This document shows positions 8,209 to 17,642 of a DNA stretch of 64,000 bases, in pieces. The notes below the pieces were generated by a model, which was not told the origin of the DNA, made no database searches, and was given only the letters and a program-made list of their open reading frames with translations. Every line of letters begins with the position of its first letter. Position 1 is the stretch's first letter. The position numbers and the translations under genes are program-made. Source of the DNA: an uncultured virus (IMG/VR IMGVR_UViG_3300043772_002095) (taxonomy: Duplodnaviria; Heunggongvirae; Uroviricota; Caudoviricetes); the IMG/VR virus record IMGVR_UViG_3300043772_002095. One strand, written 5' to 3'.

Positions 8209-11200
8209 ATGGCATCAAACAGCAAAGTATTTGTATCTCCCGGAGTTTACACTTCAGAGGTAGATTTAAGTTTTGTAGCACAAAGTGTGGGTGTTACAAC
8301 CCTAGGTATTGTTGGTGAAACGATTAAAGGTCCTGCCTTTGAACCTATTTTCATCAGAAACTTTGACGAATTTTCCACTTATTTTGGCGGAACTTCCCCT
8401 GAAAAATTTGTAAACACACAAATCCCTAAGTATGAAGCGGGTTACATCGCTAAAGCTTACTTACAACAATCAAATCAATTATTTGTAACCAGAATATTGG
8501 GGTTATCAGGATATGACGCAGGTCCTTCTTGGTCTATTACAACAAAGGCCAACGTTGACCCAACAACCGTTGAATTTTTATGTACAAGTGCAGTAACATT
8601 TAGTTGTGTTACAACCTGTGTTGATTATGAGGTTATACCTTATTCTGTACCTTTTACAGCTTGTACTAATAGTACTGATTCGATAATTTTCGATGAGTCT
8701 ATGATACCTGCTCAGATTAAAAATAAATTTACTCAAGGGTATGAATTGTTTAATGGGTCTACATCATCTTTAGAAGATAATTTTAAAAGTCAAATTTTTA
8801 ATATAATTAATAGTGATGACGTAACAAACGCTCAAAATACGTCAATTTATTATTACGGTATTATATCTGGAGGTACTTATGATACTCTATCTTCTTTTAC
8901 CGCTCAAACTAACGTTTATGGGATAGATGATGTTAATTCGGATACTGCAAATTATTCAGATTCTAATAACGATCCTTGGTATTATTCTTTATTCGATAAT
9001 AACGGAGGAGGTAATTATTCAGGGTTTTCTTTCTATTCAATTGTTGAGGCAGATTTAATTCCAACCGCAACTACAACAACTATAGTTCCGGTTACTACTA
9101 CGACAACAACAGATCCTTGTAACCCTTCAACACCTACAACTACAACTACAACTACGGTTAAACCTGTATTTTGTTATGAAGGTAATATTATAGGTGAAAT
9201 ATTTATTTATGAAGGTAAAGCATATACGGATTATGATGATTTAGTTGTGGCAACTTTACGTTCAAGAGGTATTGCAACTTATTCTGAAGACGATGGTGCG
9301 GTATATGAAGTTACAGGAGAAACTAAAGTATCTATAAATTGTGCAAACGGATATTCAAGTGTATTAAAAAACCCTTATTCAAGATTCGGATTAAATATAA
9401 CTAATAAGGATGGTGAAAATTTATTTTTTGAGACTTCATTAACTAATTCCGATAGTAATTATCTAACAAAAGTATTAGGTAAAAGCAATTTTGAAAAACC
9501 TAAACAAACAAATCCTTTATTTGTTGAGGAGGTATTTCAAAACTTATTAAATTATGGTTGGAGAAAAGGTTTTATTAGAGGTTTAAGTTGTGATTTAACA
9601 TACTTACCTGAAGCAAGAAAAGATGATCCAACGTCAATTGCGTGGTATTTGGAAAAATACCAGTCATCGACATCTCCTTGGGTTGTTTCTGAGTTAAGAG
9701 GTAGTAAAGTATTCAGATTATTTAAATTCACTACAATTTCTGATGGTAATAATTCTAACTACGAGGTTAAAATATCAATCGCAAATATGTCATTTAACAA
9801 TCAAACATTCGATGTTTTAGTTAGAGATTATTTTGATACTGATGCAAATCCAGTTGTTTTAGAGAAATTTACAAATTGTAATATGGACCCTAGTGACAAT
9901 TCTTATATCGCTAAAAAAATAGGAACTTCTGACGGAGAGTTTCAATTAAATTCTAAATATGTAATGTTAGAAGTTAATCTTGACGCTCCTGTTGATTCAT
10001 TACCTTGTGGTTTCGAGGGTTATAATATTAGAGAATATGCGGGTATTAAACCTCCATTCCCTATTTATAAAACAAAATACGATTTCCCAGGTGAAGTTAT
10101 TTATAATCCTCCATTTGGTTTATCTTCAGGTGCGGATGACGCGGTTAGATCAGGTGGTGATAATGTTAGAAGAACTTACTTAGGTTTATCGGACACAATT
10201 GGTTTTGACTTTGATTTCTTCGCGTATAAAGGTAAACAATTACCTTTAAGTGTTTGTACTGATGTTACAGGAGATGAATGGTCTTACAGAACAAAAGGTT
10301 TCCATATGGATGTAAACGCAAGTTCAATCACTATTCCAAATTCTTATACTACAAGTGGAACACCTGAATTCTTTGTCGGTTCCGCAGAATTCACTTCTGA
10401 CCCACAAAACGAAAGTAACCCTTATTATAGAATATACGCTCGTAAATTCTCATTGTTGTGTCAAGGAGGTTTTGACGGATGGGACATTTATAGAGAGTAT
10501 AGAACTAATGGTGATAGATTCAGATTAGGTCAAACGTTCTATAGAAACGGGGCTTGTCCTAGTATAAAATACCCTAACGCAACTGGTTGGGGGGCGTTCA
10601 AACAAATATCTGTTGGCGATAACACAACTGATTGGGCGAATACCGATTATTACGCTTATTTATTAGGTATTAGAACATTTGCAAATCCTGAGGCGGTTAA
10701 CGTGAATTTATTTGTTACTCCGGGTATTGATTATGTTAACAATTCTAACTTAGTTGAAGCTGCGGTTGATATGATTGAAAACGACAGAGCGGATTCATTG
10801 TATATTACAACCACACCTGACTACAATATGTTTGTCCCTCAAACAGGGGACCAAATTGATTTAGTTTACCCACAAGAAGCGGTGGATAGACTTGAAGAAA
10901 GTAATATCGATTCAAATTATACTTGTACTTACTATCCTTGGATATTGACAAGAGATTCGGTTAATAATACTCAAATCTACATTCCGGCAACTGCTGAAGT
11001 TACAAGAAACTTGGCGTTAACTGATAATATCGCTTTCCCTTGGTTTGCGGCGGCAGGTTACACAAGAGGTATTGTAAATGGTGTTAAGGCTAGAAAGAAA
11101 TTAACACAAGAAGATAGAGATGTTTTATATCAAGGAAGAATTAACCCAATCGCAACATTCTCGGATGTTGGAACGGTAATTTGGGGTAATAAAACTCTAC

Positions 11201-11532
11201 AGATTAGACAATCAGCTCTTGACAGAATTAACGTAAGAAGATTGTTGTTACAGGCTCGTAAATTGATTTCAGCGGTTTCTGTAAGATTGTTGTTTGAACA
11301 AAACGATGACAAAGTAAGACAAGATTTCTTAGACGCGGTTAACCCAATCTTAGACGCTATCAGAAGAGATAGAGGTTTATATGATTTCCGTGTAACGGTT
11401 TCTTCGGATACTGCTGATTTGGATAGAAATCAAATGACAGGTAAGATTTATATTAAACCGACTCGTTCTTTAGAGTTTATAGATATCACATTCTATATCA
11501 CTCCAACGGGAGCATCTTTCGAGAACATATAA
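8209..11532 (+). CDS. contractile tail sheath protein
   Basis: SPGVYTSEVDLS, PWFAAAGYTRG, RINPIATF, WGNKTLQ, LDRINVRRLL and IKPTRSLEFI. Confidence 0.95.
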   Translation: MASNSKVFVSPGVYTSEVDLSFVAQSVGVTTLGIVGETIKGPAFEPIFIRNFDEFSTYFGGTSPEKFVNTQIPKYEAGYIAKAYLQQSNQLFVTRILGLSGYDAGPSWSITTKANVDPTTVEFLCTSAVTFSCVTTCVDYEVIPYSVPFTACTNSTDSIIFDESMIPAQIKNKFTQGYELFNGSTSSLEDNFKSQIFNIINSDDVTNAQNTSIYYYGIISGGTYDTLSSFTAQTNVYGIDDVNSDTANYSDSNNDPWYYSLFDNNGGGNYSGFSFYSIVEADLIPTATTTTIVPVTTTTTTDPCNPSTPTTTTTTTVKPVFCYEGNIIGEIFIYEGKAYTDYDDLVVATLRSRGIATYSEDDGAVYEVTGETKVSINCANGYSSVLKNPYSRFGLNITNKDGENLFFETSLTNSDSNYLTKVLGKSNFEKPKQTNPLFVEEVFQNLLNYGWRKGFIRGLSCDLTYLPEARKDDPTSIAWYLEKYQSSTSPWVVSELRGSKVFRLFKFTTISDGNNSNYEVKISIANMSFNNQTFDVLVRDYFDTDANPVVLEKFTNCNMDPSDNSYIAKKIGTSDGEFQLNSKYVMLEVNLDAPVDSLPCGFEGYNIREYAGIKPPFPIYKTKYDFPGEVIYNPPFGLSSGADDAVRSGGDNVRRTYLGLSDTIGFDFDFFAYKGKQLPLSVCTDVTGDEWSYRTKGFHMDVNASSITIPNSYTTSGTPEFFVGSAEFTSDPQNESNPYYRIYARKFSLLCQGGFDGWDIYREYRTNGDRFRLGQTFYRNGACPSIKYPNATGWGAFKQISVGDNTTDWANTDYYAYLLGIRTFANPEAVNVNLFVTPGIDYVNNSNLVEAAVDMIENDRADSLYITTTPDYNMFVPQTGDQIDLVYPQEAVDRLEESNIDSNYTCTYYPWILTRDSVNNTQIYIPATAEVTRNLALTDNIAFPWFAAAGYTRGIVNGVKARKKLTQEDRDVLYQGRINPIATFSDVGTVIWGNKTLQIRQSALDRINVRRLLLQARKLISAVSVRLLFEQNDDKVRQDFLDAVNPILDAIRRDRGLYDFRVTVSSDTADLDRNQMTGKIYIKPTRSLEFIDITFYITPTGASFENI
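9061..9165 (+). repeat. mucin-like poly-Thr tract in the sheath
   Basis: PTATTTTIVPVTTTTTTDPCNPSTPTTTTTTTVKP, encoded by mixed ACN codons. Confidence 0.9.
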
Positions 11533-11548
11533 TCTAAAAACAAAAAAT

Positions 11549-11579
11549 AAAAAAGGGGATTAAAACTCCCCTTTTTTTT
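11549..11579 (+). terminator. intrinsic terminator
   Basis: AAAAAAGGGGA-ttaaaac-TCCCC followed by a T run, after the sheath stop. Confidence 0.75.
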
Positions 11580-11599
11580 ATTATAAGATATTTATTGTT

Positions 11600-12559
11600 A
11601 TGAGTATTAGAAATTTAATTAAAAAAGTTTTATTAGAAGACGTTAATCGCAGAAAATTAAAGTTATTTGCTTTAGATTGGGACGATAATATTTTAAGAAT
11701 GCCGACTAAAATTTATCTTAAAACCGATAATGGTGGTGTTGTTGGAATGTCGACCGATGATTTTGCTCATTATAGAAGTATGATAGGTAAAGAACCTTTT
11801 GAGTATGAAGGAGAAACTATTATAAATTTGGATAATAACGCATTTAGAGATTTTACTCACCACGAAACTTTTTTAACTGACACTATGGAGGCAATTAAGA
11901 AAAATAGATTGTCACCTAGTTTTATTGGTTTTAAGAAGGCGTTAATCAAAGCGAGTCCATTCTCCATAATCACCGCGAGAGGTCATAGTCCAAATGTGAT
12001 TAAAAAGGGTGTCAAACTTTTTATCGATTCTGTATTATCTCCCGAAGAAAAAGACACGATGATTAATAACATTAAAAATGTTTTTGAATTTGAGGATTTG
12101 GGTGGGTATTATAAATTAGGTAAAAATGATGACAAACAATTAATAGACATTTATTTAGATGAGAAGGGGGAATACTACCCTGTTTCATCACCTGAGTTTG
12201 GTAAAAGATTTAAATTAGACTCTGCTGGAGGTGCGTCAAGTCCTGAACATTCCAAAAAAATCGCATTATCTGATTTTATAGAAAAAGTTTATGATAAAGT
12301 TGGACATTTAATTAGAAGTGGAAAATATGGTTCTGTTTCTTTAGGGTTCTCTGACGATGACGTTAGAAATGTTAAAAGTATGATTCAACACATAGAAGAC
12401 GAATTATCAGTTATGTATCCTGAAATTAAATTCATTGTTAAAGACACTTCTGAGGGAGGAATGAGAAAACTGGTAATTAATAGAATAAAAGAAGATGAAA
12501 ATATTAATGAAGATTATTTAATTAAAAGAATTAAAAATAAATTATATAATATAAACTAG
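11600..12559 (+). CDS. HAD-superfamily hydrolase/phosphatase-like protein
   Basis: Motif I ALDWDDN, motif II ITARG, a candidate motif III Lys (HSKK) and motif IV GFSDDD. Confidence 0.7.
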   Translation: MSIRNLIKKVLLEDVNRRKLKLFALDWDDNILRMPTKIYLKTDNGGVVGMSTDDFAHYRSMIGKEPFEYEGETIINLDNNAFRDFTHHETFLTDTMEAIKKNRLSPSFIGFKKALIKASPFSIITARGHSPNVIKKGVKLFIDSVLSPEEKDTMINNIKNVFEFEDLGGYYKLGKNDDKQLIDIYLDEKGEYYPVSSPEFGKRFKLDSAGGASSPEHSKKIALSDFIEKVYDKVGHLIRSGKYGSVSLGFSDDDVRNVKSMIQHIEDELSVMYPEIKFIVKDTSEGGMRKLVINRIKEDENINEDYLIKRIKNKLYNIN

Positions 12560-12666
12560 TTTCTAGTAGAATTTATAAATAAAAAAACAAAAGTAAATAG
12601 AAAAAAAATAACTTGATATATTTATATAATAAGAATAAAAAAAATTAAAACCAAAAAAACAAAACA

Positions 12667-13155
12667 ATGGCAGATTTGTTAATGAAAATGCCGGTTCCTT
12701 ATGAACCAAAAAGGCAAAACCGATTTATAGTAAGATTTCCTTCTACATTAGGAATCAACGAATGGTTTGTGGAATCAGCGGCAAGACCTAGTTGGAAAAC
12801 AAATGCAACTGAAATCCAATTTTTAAACACTTCAACATATGTTGCAGGACGTTTTAATTGGGATCCTATCTCCGTTAAATTTAGAGACCCAATAGGTCCT
12901 TCAGCGGCTCAAGCTCTTATGGAATGGGTTCGTTTATGTGCAGAATCAGTTACAGGTCGTATGGGTTATGCGGCGGGGTATAAGAAAGATATTGATTTGG
13001 AAATGTTAGACCCTACAGGGGTTGTGGTAGAAAAATGGATATTACAAGGAACGTTCTTAACTAGTGTTAACTTTGGTTCATTAGCTTACGGTCAAGATGG
13101 TATCGCAACAATTGACGCTTCGCTTAGAATGGATCGTTGTATATTGGTGTACTAG
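12667..13155 (+). CDS. tail tube protein (T4 gp19-like)
   Basis: YEPKRQNRF, YKKDIDLEMLDPTGVVVEKWILQG; 162 aa; lies after the sheath. Confidence 0.9.
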   Translation: MADLLMKMPVPYEPKRQNRFIVRFPSTLGINEWFVESAARPSWKTNATEIQFLNTSTYVAGRFNWDPISVKFRDPIGPSAAQALMEWVRLCAESVTGRMGYAAGYKKDIDLEMLDPTGVVVEKWILQGTFLTSVNFGSLAYGQDGIATIDASLRMDRCILVY

Positions 13156-13215
13156 TTTTTTACTATAAATACATATCCTTTACAACCAAAATAAAATTCC
13201 ATATATTTATAGTAT

Positions 13216-14799
13216 ATGGAATTTTCTTTTTTTATAACAGACAATAAATCTGGGTACAAAACCAAAGAATCTTGGTTATCTAAAAACCATCCAGAATTAT
13301 ACGAAAAAATATTAAATTATTCATCTAAATTTACATTACAACTTTCTTTTAAAGAAAGAATTTGGTTCTATTATAATAACTTAACAGAAAGACCAAAATG
13401 TGTTACTTGTAATTCTGATGTAAAGTTTAGAGAAAGGTTTGACAATCCATACGGAGAATTTTGTTCCCTACTCTGTATAAACAAAAACAAGGAAGAAATG
13501 TCCAAAAGACAAAAAAATGCTTTTAACTTAAAGTATTCCGTAGATTATTACCCCCAACATAAAGATTTTATAAACAAACAAAAAAAAACTAAAAAAGAAA
13601 AATACGGAAGTGAGAATTATAATAATACAGAGAAAAGTAAAATAACTAAGTTTGAAAAATATGGGGACGAAAATTATAACAATTTAGAAAAACAAAAGAA
13701 AACAATTTTAAATAAATATGGGAAGGAAAATATAGTTTATAGTGATTTTTATAAGGAAAAAATTTCAAATTCCTTTAAAGAAAAATATAAAGGGATTAAA
13801 ATAAACACAATTGACGGAATGTTGGTTAGTATCAATTGTGATAAATGTGGAGAAGATAGTTCATTAACCAAACAACTTTTGTATGAGAGATATAAAAGAA
13901 ATTATGATGTTTGTACTATTTGTAATCCTATAGGTCAAAATTCTAGAAGCGGTTATGAAAACGAATTATCGGAATTTTTATTAAGTAAAAACGTTGAGGT
14001 TATTCAATCGTATAGAGGGTTACCCAAAAAATTAGAAATTGATATATTAATACCTAAAAATAACTTAGGTATTGAGATAAATGGAGTGTATTGGCATAAT
14101 GAATTATTTAAATCGGATAAATATCATTTAAATAAAAACAATATATGTAATGAAAATGGAATTGATTTAATTCAGATATTTGAGGATGAGTGGTTATATA
14201 AAAAAGAAATAGTTAAATCCATATTGTTAAATAAATTGGGTTTAATAGACAATAAAATATTTGCAAGACAATGTAAAATAAAACAAGTTGAAGATAATGA
14301 ATCCCGAATTTTTTTGGACGATAACCATATACAGGGTAACGTAAATTCAAAAGTCAAAATCGGTCTTTTTTTTAATGAGGAGTTAGTATCATTAATGACC
14401 TTTTCAAAAGGAAGGGTTATACTTGGAGGTAAAAAAGATGAGTGGGAATTAACTAGATTTTGTAATAAAATTAATTTTAATGTTGTTGGGGCGGCGTCAA
14501 AATTATTTAGTTTTTTTAAAAAAACATACAACCCTGAAAAAATTATATCATACTCTGATATAAGATTATTTGATGGAAAAATGTATGGTAATTTAGGGTT
14601 TAGTAAAATATGGAAATCAAAACCAAATTATTGGTACGTTATTGATGATATTCGATATCATAGATTTAATTTTAGAAAATCTGTATTAGTTAAAGAGGGT
14701 TTTGATAAAACAAAAACAGAAAAACAAATTATGTTCGATAGAAAAATATATAGAATATTTGATTGTGGTAATGTTAGGTGGGAGTATTTAAAAATCTAA
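13216..14799 (+). CDS. free-standing homing-type endonuclease (PD-(D/E)xK/Vsr-like core)
   Basis: CxxC motifs, KYG repeats, LEIDI...GIEINGVYWH, IFEDEW and a C-terminal WELTRFC...SYSDIR domain. Confidence 0.7.
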   Translation: MEFSFFITDNKSGYKTKESWLSKNHPELYEKILNYSSKFTLQLSFKERIWFYYNNLTERPKCVTCNSDVKFRERFDNPYGEFCSLLCINKNKEEMSKRQKNAFNLKYSVDYYPQHKDFINKQKKTKKEKYGSENYNNTEKSKITKFEKYGDENYNNLEKQKKTILNKYGKENIVYSDFYKEKISNSFKEKYKGIKINTIDGMLVSINCDKCGEDSSLTKQLLYERYKRNYDVCTICNPIGQNSRSGYENELSEFLLSKNVEVIQSYRGLPKKLEIDILIPKNNLGIEINGVYWHNELFKSDKYHLNKNNICNENGIDLIQIFEDEWLYKKEIVKSILLNKLGLIDNKIFARQCKIKQVEDNESRIFLDDNHIQGNVNSKVKIGLFFNEELVSLMTFSKGRVILGGKKDEWELTRFCNKINFNVVGAASKLFSFFKKTYNPEKIISYSDIRLFDGKMYGNLGFSKIWKSKPNYWYVIDDIRYHRFNFRKSVLVKEGFDKTKTEKQIMFDRKIYRIFDCGNVRWEYLKI

Positions 14800-14830
14800 A
14801 AATATATGTATTTTTATAATAAAAAAAATT

Positions 14831-15589
14831 ATGGATTCACAATTTATACAAGCCGCAACTCAAGATTTTAATTTACCTCACGACATTGTACCACTCCCAA
14901 CTGGAGGTATTTTCTATAAAAACAAAAAGAAAAGTGTTAAGGTTGGTTATTTAACAGCAAATGATGAAAATATTTTATTGAGTGGTTTACAAAATAACAA
15001 AGATGGTGTTATGATAAATTTATTAAGAAGTAAACTTTATGAACACGATATTAGACCTGAAGAGTTACTTGAACCGGATATTGAAGCGATATTAATATAT
15101 TTAAGAAACACATCTTTTGGTCCTGAATATACTTTTTCTTTATCTGACCCCTCAAATGGTAAAAGTTTTGAAACAACTATTGTATTAGACGAATTAAATA
15201 TTAAACAGACTCAATATTCGCCCGACTCCGATGGGACTTTCACAACAACATTACCTAAAAGCGGTGATGTTATTAAATTAAAACCTTTAAACTATGGTGA
15301 ATTAATGGAAATTGATAAAATGGTTTCATCATATCCACCAAATAGAGTTGCGCCCAAAATTACTTGGAGATTAAATAAACTTATTTTAGAAATTAATGGT
15401 AGTTCTGATAGAGAGATGATATCAAAATATGTTGATACAATGCCTATATTAGATTCAAAATATATTAGAAAGTTTATGTCAGATAATTTACCCTCATTAG
15501 ACCTAAAAAAAAGTGTAATCGCCCCTTCAGGAGAAATAGTTGAAACTGAAATCAACTTTGGGGTTGAATTTTTTCGGCCTTTCTTCTAG
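14831..15589 (+). CDS. tail/baseplate-hub assembly chaperone (gp26-like)
   Basis: LPTGGIFY, YLTANDENIL and a C-terminal FGVEFFRPFF; lies between tube and tape measure. Confidence 0.7.
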   Translation: MDSQFIQAATQDFNLPHDIVPLPTGGIFYKNKKKSVKVGYLTANDENILLSGLQNNKDGVMINLLRSKLYEHDIRPEELLEPDIEAILIYLRNTSFGPEYTFSLSDPSNGKSFETTIVLDELNIKQTQYSPDSDGTFTTTLPKSGDVIKLKPLNYGELMEIDKMVSSYPPNRVAPKITWRLNKLILEINGSSDREMISKYVDTMPILDSKYIRKFMSDNLPSLDLKKSVIAPSGEIVETEINFGVEFFRPFF

Positions 15590-15722
15590 TTATAGGGAAT
15601 ATATAATTAATGAATTTATTTTCTTATCTAAAAAACTCGGAGTTCAGTATTCCGAGTTTATGTCCATGCCAACGTATTTTAGAAAATATGTGATAAACAA
15701 ACTGATAGAAGTTGAGACTTAA
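15573..15722 (+). CDS. gp51-like C-terminal extension of the chaperone (probable +1 frameshift product)
   Basis: The +1 frame reads FGLSSSYREYIINEFIFLSKKLGVQYSEFMSMPTYFRKYVINKLIE, with no upstream ATG. Confidence 0.55.
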   Translation, partial: FGLSSSYREYIINEFIFLSKKLGVQYSEFMSMPTYFRKYVINKLIEVET

Positions 15723-15758
15723 AAATTCTTATTTGAATATTTATAAAGTAAAAAGAAT

Positions 15759-17588
15759 ATGGCTGACGGAGAAAAAAATATCTTAGACCAAATAGGTAAA
15801 GTTTTTGACGCCGCTTTAGGTAAATTTCAAAAAAACTTTGAACAAAGCTTTAAAGATGTTGATGGTATTGTAAAAAAAATGTTGGAAATAGATGAAAAAG
15901 CGTCAAGTATTGCAACAAAGTTCGGCGTTGGTAGAGCAAACATAGAAGGAATATCAAAAAGTTTAACAAATTCTTTTACCGATATAGCGTTATTGGGTGG
16001 AAACATACAAGATATTGTGGATATACAAAAAGATACTTCAGAAGCTTTAGGTAAAAACGTATTACAAAATAAGGAAGAGGTAAAATCTCTATATGAAACG
16101 TATTTAGTTACAGGACAACAAGTTGGAACACTAACGAACTCTTTTAAAACTATCGGGTATTCAACATCCCATATATCCGATCAAATGAATAAAGTGGTTG
16201 AGAGTTCAAGAGCACTTGGAGTTAGTAGTCAAAAAGTTTCTGAACAAGCGTTGGCGAATTTAAGTACGATGAACCAATTTAATTTTGCGAACGGAGTCGA
16301 TGGACTCGCTAAAATGGCTGCACAGGCGGTTAGTTTAAGGGTTCAAATGTCAGACACTTTAAATTTAGCGAAAAAATTATTCGACCCTGAACAAGCTATT
16401 GAGATGGCGGCGTCAATGCAAAGACTAGGTGTTGCACAATCTGATCTATTAGACCCATTAAGACTAATGGATTTGGCTCAAAACGACCCAACGGAACTAC
16501 AAAATCAAATATCCCAAATGTCAAAACAATTTGTTCAGTTGGGTAAAGATGGTCGTTTTGAAATTATGCCTGGCGCCAAACGACAATTAATGGAAATTGA
16601 ATCTGCGTTAGGATATCCTGCAGGACAACTATCTAAAATGGCGATATCCAGTTTTGAAATTCAAGACAAAATGAATAAGATAAAATTTCCTGTTAACGCA
16701 TTTGATGAAGACCAGAAAAATTTTATCGCCAATATGGCTCAAATGGGTAAGGATGGTAAATATGAAATTAATTTAAATGGTGAAAAACTTGGAATTGATG
16801 AAGCTATGGATAAGTTTAGTAAAAACAAAGAGTTACTAGATAAATTTATGGAAGACCAAAAACCAAAAACTATTGAAGACCTTGCGAAAGAACAATTAAG
16901 TACCAATAAACTTGCTGAAGGTCATTTAAGAGCTTTAAGGGATGGTTTTGGGTATTCGGCCGCTGGTAGTGAATTAGGGAAAACATCTACAGATGTAGTT
17001 AGAACAGGTGTCTCATCGGCGTCAGAAATATATCGGTCCCTCAATCCTTTTGGTAAAGAAACTAGTGAAATGACTAAAAATTTAGAATCTACTGGAGGGG
17101 AAATTATTAATATTGCGAAAGACTATTTTAGTGATAAAACCACATTAAAAGACTCCTTCCAAAAAGTCGGAGAACAAGGGTTAAAATTGGAAGAGATTAT
17201 GAGAACAAATTTAACCGAAGCTTTCACTAATACAGGTAAAGAATTTGGAAAATTAATTAAAGGTTCCGAAACTTTAAGGTTAATAGTAGATAAAGTAAAA
17301 GAAAAATATAAAGATATATTACCTAAAGGATTTGAAATACCTGGTTCTGCTGATTTTAAACCTAAAAATTTAAATACAGAATTACCGGCGGAAAATACTG
17401 ATAAGTCGGGTAAAGTTGAGACTCAGAACACTAATTTAAATGGAGAGATTAAAGTTGAAGTTAATGTTACGGGAGATGGTATCGATGAAACTAAGTTTAG
17501 TAAAATTTTGGAGGATAGTGAGTTTATGAGAAAACTACAACAACTTATAGATGACCATAAATCTAATTACGGTTTAACTAAAAAGTAG
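15759..17588 (+). CDS. tape measure protein
   Basis: Helical, A/Q/M/K-rich 609-aa protein following the chaperone. Confidence 0.7.
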   Translation: MADGEKNILDQIGKVFDAALGKFQKNFEQSFKDVDGIVKKMLEIDEKASSIATKFGVGRANIEGISKSLTNSFTDIALLGGNIQDIVDIQKDTSEALGKNVLQNKEEVKSLYETYLVTGQQVGTLTNSFKTIGYSTSHISDQMNKVVESSRALGVSSQKVSEQALANLSTMNQFNFANGVDGLAKMAAQAVSLRVQMSDTLNLAKKLFDPEQAIEMAASMQRLGVAQSDLLDPLRLMDLAQNDPTELQNQISQMSKQFVQLGKDGRFEIMPGAKRQLMEIESALGYPAGQLSKMAISSFEIQDKMNKIKFPVNAFDEDQKNFIANMAQMGKDGKYEINLNGEKLGIDEAMDKFSKNKELLDKFMEDQKPKTIEDLAKEQLSTNKLAEGHLRALRDGFGYSAAGSELGKTSTDVVRTGVSSASEIYRSLNPFGKETSEMTKNLESTGGEIINIAKDYFSDKTTLKDSFQKVGEQGLKLEEIMRTNLTEAFTNTGKEFGKLIKGSETLRLIVDKVKEKYKDILPKGFEIPGSADFKPKNLNTELPAENTDKSGKVETQNTNLNGEIKVEVNVTGDGIDETKFSKILEDSEFMRKLQQLIDDHKSNYGLTKK

Positions 17589-17642
17589 TTGAATTCGTAT
17601 AATAAAAATTGTATTTTATTCTATTTATATTAAAACAATAAA

